Shown piece by piece: positions 28,458 through 37,646 of a DNA stretch of 64,000 nucleotides. A program made the position numbers and the translations under genes. Positions within the stretch are counted from its first letter, which is position 1, and every line of letters starts with the position of its first letter. The notes under the pieces were generated by a model that was given only the letters and a program-made list of their open reading frames with translations, had not been told where the DNA came from and ran no database searches. Origin of the DNA: Candidatus Wolfebacteria bacterium (GTDB taxonomy: Bacteria > Patescibacteriota > Minisyncoccia > UBA6257 > UBA9933); contig JANLIR010000003.1 in the NCBI GenBank assembly GCA_024654025.1, positions 1,658-65,657 of the forward strand, in the 5' to 3' direction.

Positions 28458-29024
28458 ATGCCTTTTAACAAAACACTTCTTGAGCAGGAATTAAAAAAAG
28501 GGGAAGAGCTTCAAGTTGGCTGGCCGTGGCGAATTATGGTTTTTAGCGCGATAGTTTTTATAACCACGACCGGTATTTTTTTAGGCGCTGAATTTGGGTT
28601 TAAAACTTATGTCAAATCCCAAATAACGCAGGTTGATTCTAAAATAGACGAGTTAACGCGGTCTATTCCTGAGGACCAGCAGAAAAGTTTTTTAATTTTT
28701 TCCGCTCAAGCCAATAACATTCAGAAAGTGTTAAATGATAGATACAATACCCCGAGCATTTTCGATTTTTTGGAAAAAAACACCATTAAAAATGTCTTTT
28801 ATAAAGGTGTTACTTTTGACGCTAAAGAATTAACGGTTAATATCGACGGCGTGGCTCCGGATTTTAACATTTTAGCCCAGCAGTTGGAAATTTTTAGAAA
28901 CGCAACCGGTACAATTTCTAAGGCTTCGCTAGGAAGATCGAGCGCTATAACAGAAAAGGATAAAGCGGGAAGAGATTTATCGTCGAATGTAAGCTTTGCG
29001 GTAGTTTTAAAACTTAAAAAATAA
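28458..29024 (+). CDS. pilN: PilN-like type IV pilus inner-membrane assembly protein
   Basis: short cytoplasmic N-terminus, single TM, periplasmic domain; operon position. Confidence 0.6.
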   Translation: MPFNKTLLEQELKKGEELQVGWPWRIMVFSAIVFITTTGIFLGAEFGFKTYVKSQITQVDSKIDELTRSIPEDQQKSFLIFSAQANNIQKVLNDRYNTPSIFDFLEKNTIKNVFYKGVTFDAKELTVNIDGVAPDFNILAQQLEIFRNATGTISKASLGRSSAITEKDKAGRDLSSNVSFAVVLKLKK

Positions 29025-29026
29025 TT

Positions 29027-29587
29027 ATGAGACCATCATCCAAAAGAGCTTTGAGTCTTTTAGCGTCAATGATTTTTTTCATCGGCTCTTTGATCGTTTA
29101 CGTAAATTTTATTAAGCCGGCTTACGATAAGATAGATCTGTTACGCGGAGAATTAGAAACAAAAAGGCAACAATACGACGATTATAAAAGCATTATTGAC
29201 AGATTAAGGCCCGTGTTCGAGTCTTTTCAGTCGGCTTCTCAGTTACAGCAGAGTTTTTCTTCAATGCTCCCAACGAATCCTATGGTTCCCCAGGCTGTTG
29301 CTCAGCTGAATGGTTTGGCTAGTCAGAGTTTGATGAGTATTAATTCTATAAATATCAATGAATTAGCTGTTGTTTCGCAGAAGAGCGCCTTATTAAAAGG
29401 AGCGGGAATTATTGATTTGAATTTAGCAATATCTTCAAATTCATACGAATCCATCAAATCATTTTTACAAAATGTGGAATCGAACATCAGAGTTTTTGAT
29501 ATAAAAAGAATTAATGTCAGCAAGCGGGATAACGTGAATTCTTTCGTCGTTAATCTGGATGTTTACGGGTATTATCAAGTTCAATAA
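29027..29587 (+). CDS. pilO: PilO-like type IV pilus assembly protein
   Basis: single N-terminal TM, coiled coil, ferredoxin-like C-terminal domain; operon position. Confidence 0.55.
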   Translation: MRPSSKRALSLLASMIFFIGSLIVYVNFIKPAYDKIDLLRGELETKRQQYDDYKSIIDRLRPVFESFQSASQLQQSFSSMLPTNPMVPQAVAQLNGLASQSLMSINSININELAVVSQKSALLKGAGIIDLNLAISSNSYESIKSFLQNVESNIRVFDIKRINVSKRDNVNSFVVNLDVYGYYQVQ

Positions 29588-29595
29588 TAAAAAAA

Positions 29596-29889
29596 ATGGC
29601 AATAACTTTTGAAGAGGATAAAAAAAGAATGAATTGGCCGATGATAATTAGCGTGATATTTATATTGGCGCTAATAGCCACGTCCATAATTTACCTGTTT
29701 TTTATAAGTCCGGAAAAAACAGAGGTTTTAGTTTCGCCTAAACTTCAAAATATTTCAGAGGTTAGTAAAATTGCTTTAAATTTTGATCAGCTGACAAACA
29801 GCGAAGCGTTTAAGAATTTAAAAGAAATTGTTATTTTTAATATTCCTTCCCCTGAAAATATCGGCAAAGCGAATCCGTTTTTGCCGTAA
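29596..29889 (+). CDS. Small single-TM protein in the pilMNO operon (PilP-like position)
   Basis: 97 aa, N-terminal TM; fourth gene of the pilM operon. Confidence 0.4.
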   Translation: MAITFEEDKKRMNWPMIISVIFILALIATSIIYLFFISPEKTEVLVSPKLQNISEVSKIALNFDQLTNSEAFKNLKEIVIFNIPSPENIGKANPFLP

Positions 29890-30060
29890 CTCGGAGAAGG
29901 CGTCTAGCCGCAAATTCCTATGAGTACCGGCGGTTCTTCGGCTCCAGCGGCCAAAGCCCGCCTGCGCTCTCGGCATCGCAAGTCGCCTAAGGCGACACCA
30001 AGCTTGCGATGCCTGCGAGAGCTACTCTACGGAACTTACGGCTGGGCGAAGGTTTTTTTG
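29890..30060 (+). other. GC-rich (about 60%) structured leader/candidate ncRNA upstream of pilB
   Basis: nested hairpins gctctcg-gcatcgcaag-[tcgcc taa ggcga]-cttgcgatgc-cgagagc; ends in gggcgaagg + T7; the only ORF is frame-shifted relative to pilB and composition-driven. Confidence 0.4.
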
Positions 30061-30070
30061 TATATAAGCA

Positions 30071-31804
30071 ATGGACAACAAAATTCTCATACAAGAATTG
30101 GTAAAAAATAATCTTTTAGAATCAAACGCCGGCACTAAGATTTTACAGGAGGCTTCTTTAATCAGGCGGCCAGTGGAGGAATTGATTTACGAGAGAAGGA
30201 TGGTGGGTGAAAAAGAATTGGCTCGTGTTAAAAGCAAGGCGTTAGGCATTCCTTATAAAGATATCGAGTCAAAAGATATAGGCGAGGATTTGCTAAAAAT
30301 TTTTCCCGAAGAAACAGCAAGGAATTATAAAACCATTCCCATAAGTTTAAAAGATAATCTTTTAATTGTTGGGATGATTAATCCAGATGACCAGACCGCC
30401 CAGGAAGCGGTCAAATTTGTAGCTAAACAAAAAAGGGTTAATTTGGGAGTTTATTTGATTTCACAATCGGTTTGGGAAGATGTGCTTAAAAAATATTCTC
30501 CTTATCGGAGTTTGATTGACGAAGCGACTAAAGCGTTGTCCAGCGCTTATAAAGACACTAGCCAATTCGTTCAATTGGAAGAAAAAATGAAAGGATCGGA
30601 TGAGGCGCCGATAATTAAAATAGTATCGTCTACTTTGAAAGAGGCGATTTGGGAAAAAGCGTCCGATATTCATATTGAGCCTCAAAGAAACAGATTAAGA
30701 ATCCGTTTTAGAATTAACGGCGAACTTCAGGAATCAGCTTCGCTTCCCATAGAACTTCATCAAGCGATAGTTTCAAGAGTTAAAATTTTATCTAATCTTA
30801 AAATTGATGAAAATAGAATTCCGCAAGATGGCAGATTTCGAACAATTCTTTCCGGGCGAGACATTGATTTTCGAGTAGCAACTTTTCCGACTCCGGTTGG
30901 CGAAAAGGTTGTTATCAGGGTGCTTGACCCTCTGGTTGGTTTAAGAGGCTTGGAAGAATTGGGTATTTCCGGAAGGAATCTTGAAATTGTCAAAGAAGGA
31001 ATTAAAAAACCTTACGGAATGATACTTTTGACCGGCCCTACCGGATCGGGAAAAACCACCACTTTGTATGCGATGATGCAGTTATTAAACAATGAATCGG
31101 TTAATATTGTCAGTTTGGAAGATCCTGTTGAATATTTTATAGACGGAATGAATCAATCGCAGGTAAAGCCGGAAATTGGCTATGATTTTGCTTCGGGGCT
31201 CCGGCAAATTTTAAGGCAAGACCCGGACGTAATAATGGTCGGTGAAATAAGAGACGACGAAACAGCCGGTTTGGCGGTTCACGCGGCTTTGACCGGACAT
31301 ATAGTTTTATCAACTTTGCACACCAATAATTCCATCGGCGTTATCCCGCGGCTTATCGATTTGAAAGTTAAAGCGTTTCTTTTGCCGTCTTCTTTGAATT
31401 TGATGGTGGCGCAAAGACTGCTTCCCAAGCTTTGCGATAACTGCAAAAAGCCGGAAAAAGCGCCTGAAGAAATAAGCAAGATTATTGAAAAGGAAATAGG
31501 TAAAATTTCCAAAGAAATTTTAGAGAAAAGTAAAGTGGAAATTTCTAAACCTTATAAGATTTACAAAGCGCCGGGTTGCGAGGTTTGCAAGGGTAAGGGC
31601 ATATCCGGCAGAGTGGCGATTTTTGAAATTTTAACAATGACGCCGGAATTGGAAGAAGTTATAAACAGCTCTCCGACTGAAACCAAAATATTGGATGAAT
31701 TTAGAAGACAGGGCAATGTTAATTTGCGGCAAGACGGAATTTTAAAAGCCCTTCAAGGACTCATGTCAATTGAAGAAGTGTTGAGGGAAACAGAGGAGGT
31801 GTGA
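30071..31804 (+). CDS. pilB: Type IV pilus assembly ATPase PilB (GspE family)
   Basis: Walker A LLTGPTGSGKTTTL, Asp box, Walker B, His box, tetracysteine motif CDNC...CEVC. Confidence 0.9.
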   Translation: MDNKILIQELVKNNLLESNAGTKILQEASLIRRPVEELIYERRMVGEKELARVKSKALGIPYKDIESKDIGEDLLKIFPEETARNYKTIPISLKDNLLIVGMINPDDQTAQEAVKFVAKQKRVNLGVYLISQSVWEDVLKKYSPYRSLIDEATKALSSAYKDTSQFVQLEEKMKGSDEAPIIKIVSSTLKEAIWEKASDIHIEPQRNRLRIRFRINGELQESASLPIELHQAIVSRVKILSNLKIDENRIPQDGRFRTILSGRDIDFRVATFPTPVGEKVVIRVLDPLVGLRGLEELGISGRNLEIVKEGIKKPYGMILLTGPTGSGKTTTLYAMMQLLNNESVNIVSLEDPVEYFIDGMNQSQVKPEIGYDFASGLRQILRQDPDVIMVGEIRDDETAGLAVHAALTGHIVLSTLHTNNSIGVIPRLIDLKVKAFLLPSSLNLMVAQRLLPKLCDNCKKPEKAPEEISKIIEKEIGKISKEILEKSKVEISKPYKIYKAPGCEVCKGKGISGRVAIFEILTMTPELEEVINSSPTETKILDEFRRQGNVNLRQDGILKALQGLMSIEEVLRETEEV

Positions 31805-31839
31805 TATAATAAAATTAAAAGGTTGTAGGTTAATTTTTT

Positions 31840-32913
31840 ATGACTGATTATAAACAAAAATTAAATGAATTTTTATTGGCAGCGGCCAAGCAGAATGCGT
31901 CGGATTTGCATATAGGAGTTGGCCGGTATCCAACATTAAGAATAGACGATGTTTTGGTGCCGCTTCAAAAAGAGTCGCTTTTGACTCCGGAAAGCGCTGA
32001 AGGTTTGATAACGGCGCTTTTGACTCCCGAACAAAAAGAATATCTTTCCAAATACAGAGAAATAGATTTTTCTTATGGGTTTGAAGATAAAGCGCGATTT
32101 AGGGTTAATGTTTTTTATCAAAGAGGTTTTTTGGCCGCTGCTTTGAGGCTTATACCCTCGGTTGTTCGAAACGTGGAAGAATTGAATTTGCCGCCGATAC
32201 TTCATGATTTTACTAAGCTCTCGCAAGGGTTTTTCTTGGTTGTGGGTCCGGCAGGGCATGGAAAATCTACCACTCTAGCGGCTTTGATAGATGAAATTAA
32301 TCATTCTCGCACTGATCATATAATTACAATTGAAGATCCTATTGAATATATTTATGTTCAGGATAAATCTATTATTTCGCAAAGAGAAGTTGGTTCGGAC
32401 TCTTTAGATTTTTCCAATGCCTTAAAATCGCTTTTGAGGCAAGACCCTGACGTAGTAATGATAGGCGAAATGAGAGATCCGGAATCAATAGCAACCGCTA
32501 TGACTGCGGCGGAAACCGGACATTTGGTTTTTTCGACTTTACATACAAATTCCGCGTCGCAGACAATCGACAGAATAATTGACAGTTTTCCCGCTGAACA
32601 GCAAAATCAAGTTGCTTCGCAGCTGGCCTCGACGTTGGTGGGAATAATTTCCGAAAGATTGATTCCCAGAATTGACGGCGGAAGAATACCGGCTTGCGAA
32701 ATTATGATAGTTAATCCGGCGGTCAGAAATTTGATTCGGGAAAGGAAAACTTACCAAGTTGATCTTGTTATCGAAACGTCTGTTCAAGAAGGAATGATAA
32801 CTTTAAATCGTTTTTTGGCCGATTTGGTTAAAACAAAACAAATTTCTCTGGAAAACGCCGAGCTTTATTCGGTTAATCCGGGAGAGTTGAGGATACTTTT
32901 AGAGAGAAGCTAA
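31840..32913 (+). CDS. pilT: Twitching-motility retraction ATPase PilT
   Basis: FLVVGPAGHGKSTT, GHLVFSTLHTNSA; compact PilT-size protein. Confidence 0.85.
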   Translation: MTDYKQKLNEFLLAAAKQNASDLHIGVGRYPTLRIDDVLVPLQKESLLTPESAEGLITALLTPEQKEYLSKYREIDFSYGFEDKARFRVNVFYQRGFLAAALRLIPSVVRNVEELNLPPILHDFTKLSQGFFLVVGPAGHGKSTTLAALIDEINHSRTDHIITIEDPIEYIYVQDKSIISQREVGSDSLDFSNALKSLLRQDPDVVMIGEMRDPESIATAMTAAETGHLVFSTLHTNSASQTIDRIIDSFPAEQQNQVASQLASTLVGIISERLIPRIDGGRIPACEIMIVNPAVRNLIRERKTYQVDLVIETSVQEGMITLNRFLADLVKTKQISLENAELYSVNPGELRILLERS

Positions 32914-32986
32914 ATGACGTCCGCCGTCGCCAAGGCTTTGGCGGATGCTCATTTTATAGATAAATTTCTGAATAAATTTATATAAA

Positions 32987-34204
32987 ATGGCAAAGTTTAA
33001 ATACAAGGCGCGAACTAAAGAAGGGGAGCTCCAAGTCGGTTATGTGGAGTCTTTTAATAAAGAAGGCGCTACAAATATTTTAACCTCCCATAACCTTTTT
33101 ATTTTAAGCATTGAAAATGCCGAGGTTGTTACTTGGTATGAGCGGTTTTTGGAAATTTTCAAAAAAGTAAAACAGCGCGATCTGATGGTTTTTAGCCGGC
33201 AACTGTCGCTACTTATGGAATCAAAAGTCCCGCTTTTAGATTCTCTAAAAAGTTTATACGAACAAACGTCCAGTGGTTTTTTCAAGGATATTATTTACGA
33301 AGTTCAAAGAGACGTAGAGGCGGGCCTTTCTTTGTCGCAGGCCTTGGCAAAACACAATAAAGCCTTCAGTGAATTTTTTGTAAGCATAATTCGTTCCGCT
33401 GAAGTTACCGGCCAATTAGAAGAGGCGGCGCTTTTTTTGGCCGATTATATTGAAAAAGAAAGTATATGGCGTTCTAAAATAATAAACGCTTTAATTTATC
33501 CTATTTTTCTAATCGTTAGTTTTTTCGCCGTGGTTATTTTGATGGTGACGGTGGTTTTCCCGAAAATCTTGCCGGTTTTTGAAGAGATGAATGTTCAGCT
33601 TCCGATTTATACCAGAATAATTTTAGGCAGTGGAACTTTTTTGTTGAATTGGTGGTGGGCGATATTGGTGGTTATTATCCCTTTTATTTTCTTTCTTATT
33701 GATTATGCAAGAACCAAAGAAGGAAAAGTTGTTATTAACGAAACATTACTTAGAATTCCGGTACTGGGAGAGCTTTATAGAAAACTTTATGTGGCGAGAT
33801 TCGCCGAGTCGCTAAGCGTTCTTCTTAAAGGCGGAGTGCCCGTTGCTCAGTCATTGGAAATAACTTCTCATTCTATCGGGAGCTATGTTTATAGGGATTT
33901 AATCCATAAAGTTGCGGAAAAAGTCAGGGAAGGGGAGCTTTTGTCGGAAATTATGAAGAGGGAATTTTATTATTTTCCAATATTAGTGAGTCAAATGGTG
34001 GCGGTTGGGGAAAAAACCGGAAGAATAGAGGAAATCCTTTCAAAAATCGCCGTGTTTTATAACCGAGAAGTTGAGGATCTTTTAAACCGTTTGGCGGAAT
34101 TAATTCAGCCGTTTTTAATAGCCATTATAGGTATTTTTATAGCAATTTTGTTTGCTTCCGTGATGATGCCATTGTTTAATTTGATGCAGGGATTCAGGTT
34201 ATGA
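32987..34204 (+). CDS. pilC: Type IV pilus inner-membrane platform protein PilC (GspF family)
   Basis: two GspF repeats, 3 TM, 405 aa. Confidence 0.85.
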   Translation: MAKFKYKARTKEGELQVGYVESFNKEGATNILTSHNLFILSIENAEVVTWYERFLEIFKKVKQRDLMVFSRQLSLLMESKVPLLDSLKSLYEQTSSGFFKDIIYEVQRDVEAGLSLSQALAKHNKAFSEFFVSIIRSAEVTGQLEEAALFLADYIEKESIWRSKIINALIYPIFLIVSFFAVVILMVTVVFPKILPVFEEMNVQLPIYTRIILGSGTFLLNWWWAILVVIIPFIFFLIDYARTKEGKVVINETLLRIPVLGELYRKLYVARFAESLSVLLKGGVPVAQSLEITSHSIGSYVYRDLIHKVAEKVREGELLSEIMKREFYYFPILVSQMVAVGEKTGRIEEILSKIAVFYNREVEDLLNRLAELIQPFLIAIIGIFIAILFASVMMPLFNLMQGFRL

Positions 34205-34275
34205 GGATGTTGATAAGTTGATTTGTCGTAATCGTTAAATGGCGGTAATATTAATTTAATAGGAAAGGTCGAGAA

Positions 34276-34806
34276 TTGAAGTCTAACTATTTTAAAATGA
34301 ACAGAAAAGGTTTTACATTAATTGAATTATTAATTGTTATTGCGGTTATCGGGATTTTAGCGGGTGTTTTCTTTATCGGCGTGACTGGATTTCGAAACAG
34401 CGCTTTGGACGCAAGAAGAGTGGCGGATTTGAAAAATGTCCAAAATTCTTTAGAACTTTATTATTCAAAGTGCCGATTGTACCCAAATGCAACGGTTTCT
34501 GGGGCTAACTGCCCGAGTGGGACGGGAAATAGCCCGGCTAGCTACGCGGATCTTGTTACTATTTTGAGGGCTGCGCAAATAGGCATAACAGCAGTTCCGA
34601 ACGATCCGGTTTCCGGACAAACATACGACTATATTGCCGATGGGTCCAATTATGTTTTGTCGGCAACGCTTTCAGGAGATCGCGATGTGTTAAGAGACGC
34701 GGCGGCAGTAAGGGGAACTCAGACAATTGGCGGCAGAACAATCAATTGTTATTTGGATTCCAACACGCCGAATAGCTATACTTATTGCCTTGGAGGAATG
34801 AGATAG
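34276..34806 (+). CDS. pilA: Type IV major pilin (prepilin)
   Basis: leader ...NRKG|FTLIELLIVIAVIGILAG class III signal with Glu+5; TTG start 7 nt after aggaaagg; Cys pairs in the C-terminal domain. Confidence 0.8.
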   Translation: MKSNYFKMNRKGFTLIELLIVIAVIGILAGVFFIGVTGFRNSALDARRVADLKNVQNSLELYYSKCRLYPNATVSGANCPSGTGNSPASYADLVTILRAAQIGITAVPNDPVSGQTYDYIADGSNYVLSATLSGDRDVLRDAAAVRGTQTIGGRTINCYLDSNTPNSYTYCLGGMR

Positions 34807-34828
34807 TTTAGTTTGTTAGTTTAGAAAA

Positions 34829-35728
34829 ATGAATTTTTTGCTCAATTCAATTCTTTTTTTAGCAGGTATATCTGTTGGAAGTTTTATAAATGTAATTTCC
34901 TTAAGATATAATCCTGAAGAAAAAATTTTGAGTAAACGAACAATAGGCGGCCGATCTCGCTGTCCTTATTGCCATAAAGAGCTTAGGTGGTTTGAATTGA
35001 TTCCGTTACTAAGCTTTTTGTGGCAAAAAGGGAAATGCCGAGGATGCGGCCGCTTTTTGTTTTGGCAATACCCAGTTGTGGAAATTTTAAGCGGTTTAAT
35101 CTTTTTGCTTGTCCCGCTTAAAATTTTCAATTTTAAATTTTCAATTTTAAATTTTCAAACAATTTTAAATTACCAATTATTAATTACTGTTATTTGGGTT
35201 TTAATTTTTTTAATCTTTCTCCTAATTTCAATAATAGATTTTCGACACTATATAATTCCAGACCAATTGAATTTATCCCTTGCGTTTATTGGATTTTTTT
35301 TTCTTATTCTAAACCAATTTACTAATTTGCCAATCAGCCAATTAACTAACCCAGTTTCTTTTCTTGGGTATTATGGCGCTTTAATAAATCCATTTTCTAA
35401 TATTTGGGTAAATCATTTTTTTGCCGCTTTTATAGCGATGTTTTTTTTCGGGGCAATAATTCTTTTGACTCGCGGAAAAGGAATGGGCTGGGGAGATTTT
35501 AAACTTGCGGGCGCTCTGGGGTTGATTTTCGGTTGGCCCGATATTTTGATTGCCGTTATGCTTTCTTTTGTTATCGGATCAATAATAAGCATTGTTTTGA
35601 TGCTAAAAAGAAAAAAAACAATGAAAGACGCGGTGCCGTTCGGGCCATTTTTGGTAATCGGCGCGACGACGGTGTTTTTCTTTGGTTATCAGTTGGTTAA
35701 TCTTTATTTTAAGCTTTTTATAAGCTAA
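34829..35728 (+). CDS. pilD: Prepilin peptidase PilD (A24 family) with N-terminal zinc-binding CxxC pairs
   Basis: CPYCHKEL...CRGCGRF, conserved aspartates in the TM core; contains an internal 14-bp tandem repeat. Confidence 0.8.
   Translation: MNFLLNSILFLAGISVGSFINVISLRYNPEEKILSKRTIGGRSRCPYCHKELRWFELIPLLSFLWQKGKCRGCGRFLFWQYPVVEILSGLIFLLVPLKIFNFKFSILNFQTILNYQLLITVIWVLIFLIFLLISIIDFRHYIIPDQLNLSLAFIGFFFLILNQFTNLPISQLTNPVSFLGYYGALINPFSNIWVNHFFAAFIAMFFFGAIILLTRGKGMGWGDFKLAGALGLIFGWPDILIAVMLSFVIGSIISIVLMLKRKKTMKDAVPFGPFLVIGATTVFFFGYQLVNLYFKLFIS
35121..35166 (+). repeat. 14-bp tandem repeat (aaattttcaatttt, about 2.5 copies) inside the pilD coding sequence
   Basis: encodes KIFNFKFSILNF; the unit length is not a multiple of three. 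Confidence 0.7.
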
Positions 35729-35772
35729 GCTTATTAGTAATGGTAAATTTGCGATCTAAAAACGGAGGGTTC

Positions 35773-35906
35773 ACCCCGCACCTTTGGAGGATCGCGAAGC
35801 AATAAAAGTTTACCATTTTATTAAAAATTGATGCGCCATTTCAAATTGGAAATTGATATTATTAAGGTATCTTCGAATAAAATTAAATCCTCCAAAGGTG
35901 CGGGGT
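35773..35906. repeat. Inverted-repeat pair (18-bp perfect, ACCCCGCACCTTTGGAGG) flanking a 98-bp segment; the right arm encodes the KGAG prepilin motif of the downstream minor pilin
   Basis: 35773-35790 is the reverse complement of 35889-35906; the left arm sits inside a local palindrome (tggtaaa/tttacca, gcgatc/gatcgc). Confidence 0.75.
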
Positions 35907-36436
35907 TCACCTATTTAGAGATGCTTATTGTTATAGCGATTATTATACTGTTCGCCTCATTTATAATAACTTATAACCACGTTTCAGAGCGGCAGCTTAT
36001 TTTAGTTAAAGATCAAGCGATAATTTTAGGCGCTTTGCAGAAAGCAAAGGCCAGCGCTTTGGCTACTTTCAGCGAAGTGGGAATTTCGTGCGGATTCGGA
36101 GTTCATTTTTCAAGTTCAACAATTCCCAATCAAATTGTTATTTATAAAAATATACCGCAGACAACAAGCACGAACTCATTAGCTCTTTGTTTGGCCATGG
36201 ATCACTCTTATCAACCGACTATTTTGAGTTCGACAACGGAAATAATTTATCTGGACAAAGATATTAGGTTTAAAAGCGTTAGTTCAACCGATATATTTTT
36301 TGTACCGCCCGACCCGACAATATTTATAGACAACAGTTCTTCTACGCCGGCAAGCACAATTGAAATCGAAACAATAGACGGTTTGGCTACAAAAGCAGTG
36401 AAGGTCAGTAATTTTGGACAAATAACCATTAAATGA
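35828..36436 (+). CDS. Minor pilin/pseudopilin (GspH/FimT-like) with prepilin-type N-terminal cleavage/methylation domain
   Basis: ...SSKGAG|FTYLEMLIVIAIIILFA; the leader length depends on which start is used. Confidence 0.7.
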   Translation: MMRHFKLEIDIIKVSSNKIKSSKGAGFTYLEMLIVIAIIILFASFIITYNHVSERQLILVKDQAIILGALQKAKASALATFSEVGISCGFGVHFSSSTIPNQIVIYKNIPQTTSTNSLALCLAMDHSYQPTILSSTTEIIYLDKDIRFKSVSSTDIFFVPPDPTIFIDNSSSTPASTIEIETIDGLATKAVKVSNFGQITIK

Positions 36437-36993
36437 AAAAAAATAAAAAACAAAAAGGTTATTTGCTTATTGAGTTGATGGTGGCGATTTCGGTTTTTGT
36501 AATCGGTGTTTTGGGTTTTGTGGGGCTTCTCTCTAACTCATTATCTTTAAACAGGGAAGTTGCTGATAAGTTTACCGCCAATTATTTGGCTGCCGAAGGA
36601 ATTGAGCTTACTAAAAATTTAATTGACGCAAATATTTTAGGAAGCGTTTCCGGTTTAAATCCGTGGAATGACGGGTTTGCCGGAGATTTTTCCAGACAAC
36701 GAGATTGTTTTGAGGTTGATTATACAAATGACCGTAACGATGTTCGGCCGATCTCTCCCTGTAATATTAATACTACCGCGCGTGAATATTTAAGATTTTC
36801 TTCTTCTACCGGCTATACTTATTCGTCTGGAAATTTTACGCCATTTAGGCGGTTAATCAGAGCATCGCGTCAGGGAGGCGGTCCTGTAGTGGGAGATAAT
36901 TATATAAAAGTTGATTCTATTGTGACGTGGCAAGGCAGAGGCGGCAGTTTAAATGAAATAAAATTGGAAGATTATTTTTTCAATTCAAAATAA
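36433..36993 (+). CDS. Minor pilin/pseudopilin
   Basis: MKKNKKQKG|YLLIELMVAISVFVIGVLG. Confidence 0.7.
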   Translation: MKKNKKQKGYLLIELMVAISVFVIGVLGFVGLLSNSLSLNREVADKFTANYLAAEGIELTKNLIDANILGSVSGLNPWNDGFAGDFSRQRDCFEVDYTNDRNDVRPISPCNINTTAREYLRFSSSTGYTYSSGNFTPFRRLIRASRQGGGPVVGDNYIKVDSIVTWQGRGGSLNEIKLEDYFFNSK

Positions 36994-37007
36994 TCTAATT
37001 TATTAAA

Positions 37008-37646
37008 ATGAAGATTTTTTTCGACAGATTGGATAATAAAGGAGTTTCGCTTATTGAGCTGATGGTGGCGGTTTCGGTTTTTATTGTTTTAATCAGCATC
37101 GCGGTCGGTTCTTTTGTGCAATCAATGAAGACCCAAAGAATCACGCTTGCTCTAATTTCTGCCAATGACAGTATGAATTTATCAGTTGAGCAAATGGCAA
37201 GGGAAATAAGGACCGGCTATATTTTTTGCACGCGACATGTTGGCGCCGCGACTACTACTGATTTGGGTTGCGGAAATTTAGCGGATTTTTCCGGTGACTA
37301 CGAAGTTCAATTTGTAAATGCCAACGGAATTTTTGTCAGATACCGGCTGAATAACAGCACCTTCGCTTTGGAAAAAGGCGTTTTTGATTCAATTTGTCTT
37401 GGCGGGTTATTAAATTCCGACGGATTTTGTTATAGACCCATTACTGCCGACAATGTTAAGGTTGCTGGGTTTGTAGTGGAGCTTAGGCATGCGGATACAG
37501 AGCCGAATCCTTATTCGCCCCGAGTTACTTTAATAATGAGCGTTACAAGCAAAGAACCGGATGTCGAGCCGCTAAATATTTTTACTGATATAGAAACGAG
37601 CATCAGTCCGAGATGCGGACAAAATGGATGCCCGTCGGATATATAA
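37008..37646 (+). CDS. Minor pilin/pseudopilin
   Basis: ...NKG|VSLIELMVAVSVFIVLISIAVGSF. Confidence 0.7.
   Translation: MKIFFDRLDNKGVSLIELMVAVSVFIVLISIAVGSFVQSMKTQRITLALISANDSMNLSVEQMAREIRTGYIFCTRHVGAATTTDLGCGNLADFSGDYEVQFVNANGIFVRYRLNNSTFALEKGVFDSICLGGLLNSDGFCYRPITADNVKVAGFVVELRHADTEPNPYSPRVTLIMSVTSKEPDVEPLNIFTDIETSISPRCGQNGCPSDI

Noticed and set aside
29890-30060. Assignment of the pilB leader to the c-di-GMP-I riboswitch class
   Set aside because: Only loose resemblance (CAAAGCC, CCGCAAA) was seen by eye. This cannot be confirmed without a covariance-model search, so it is reported only as a candidate structured RNA.
29920-30111. 63-aa ORF in the GC-rich pilB leader
   Set aside because: Its Arg/Ala/Ser-rich translation is typical of GC-rich non-coding DNA. 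It is out of frame with pilB and overlaps its start, so the region is better explained as structured RNA.
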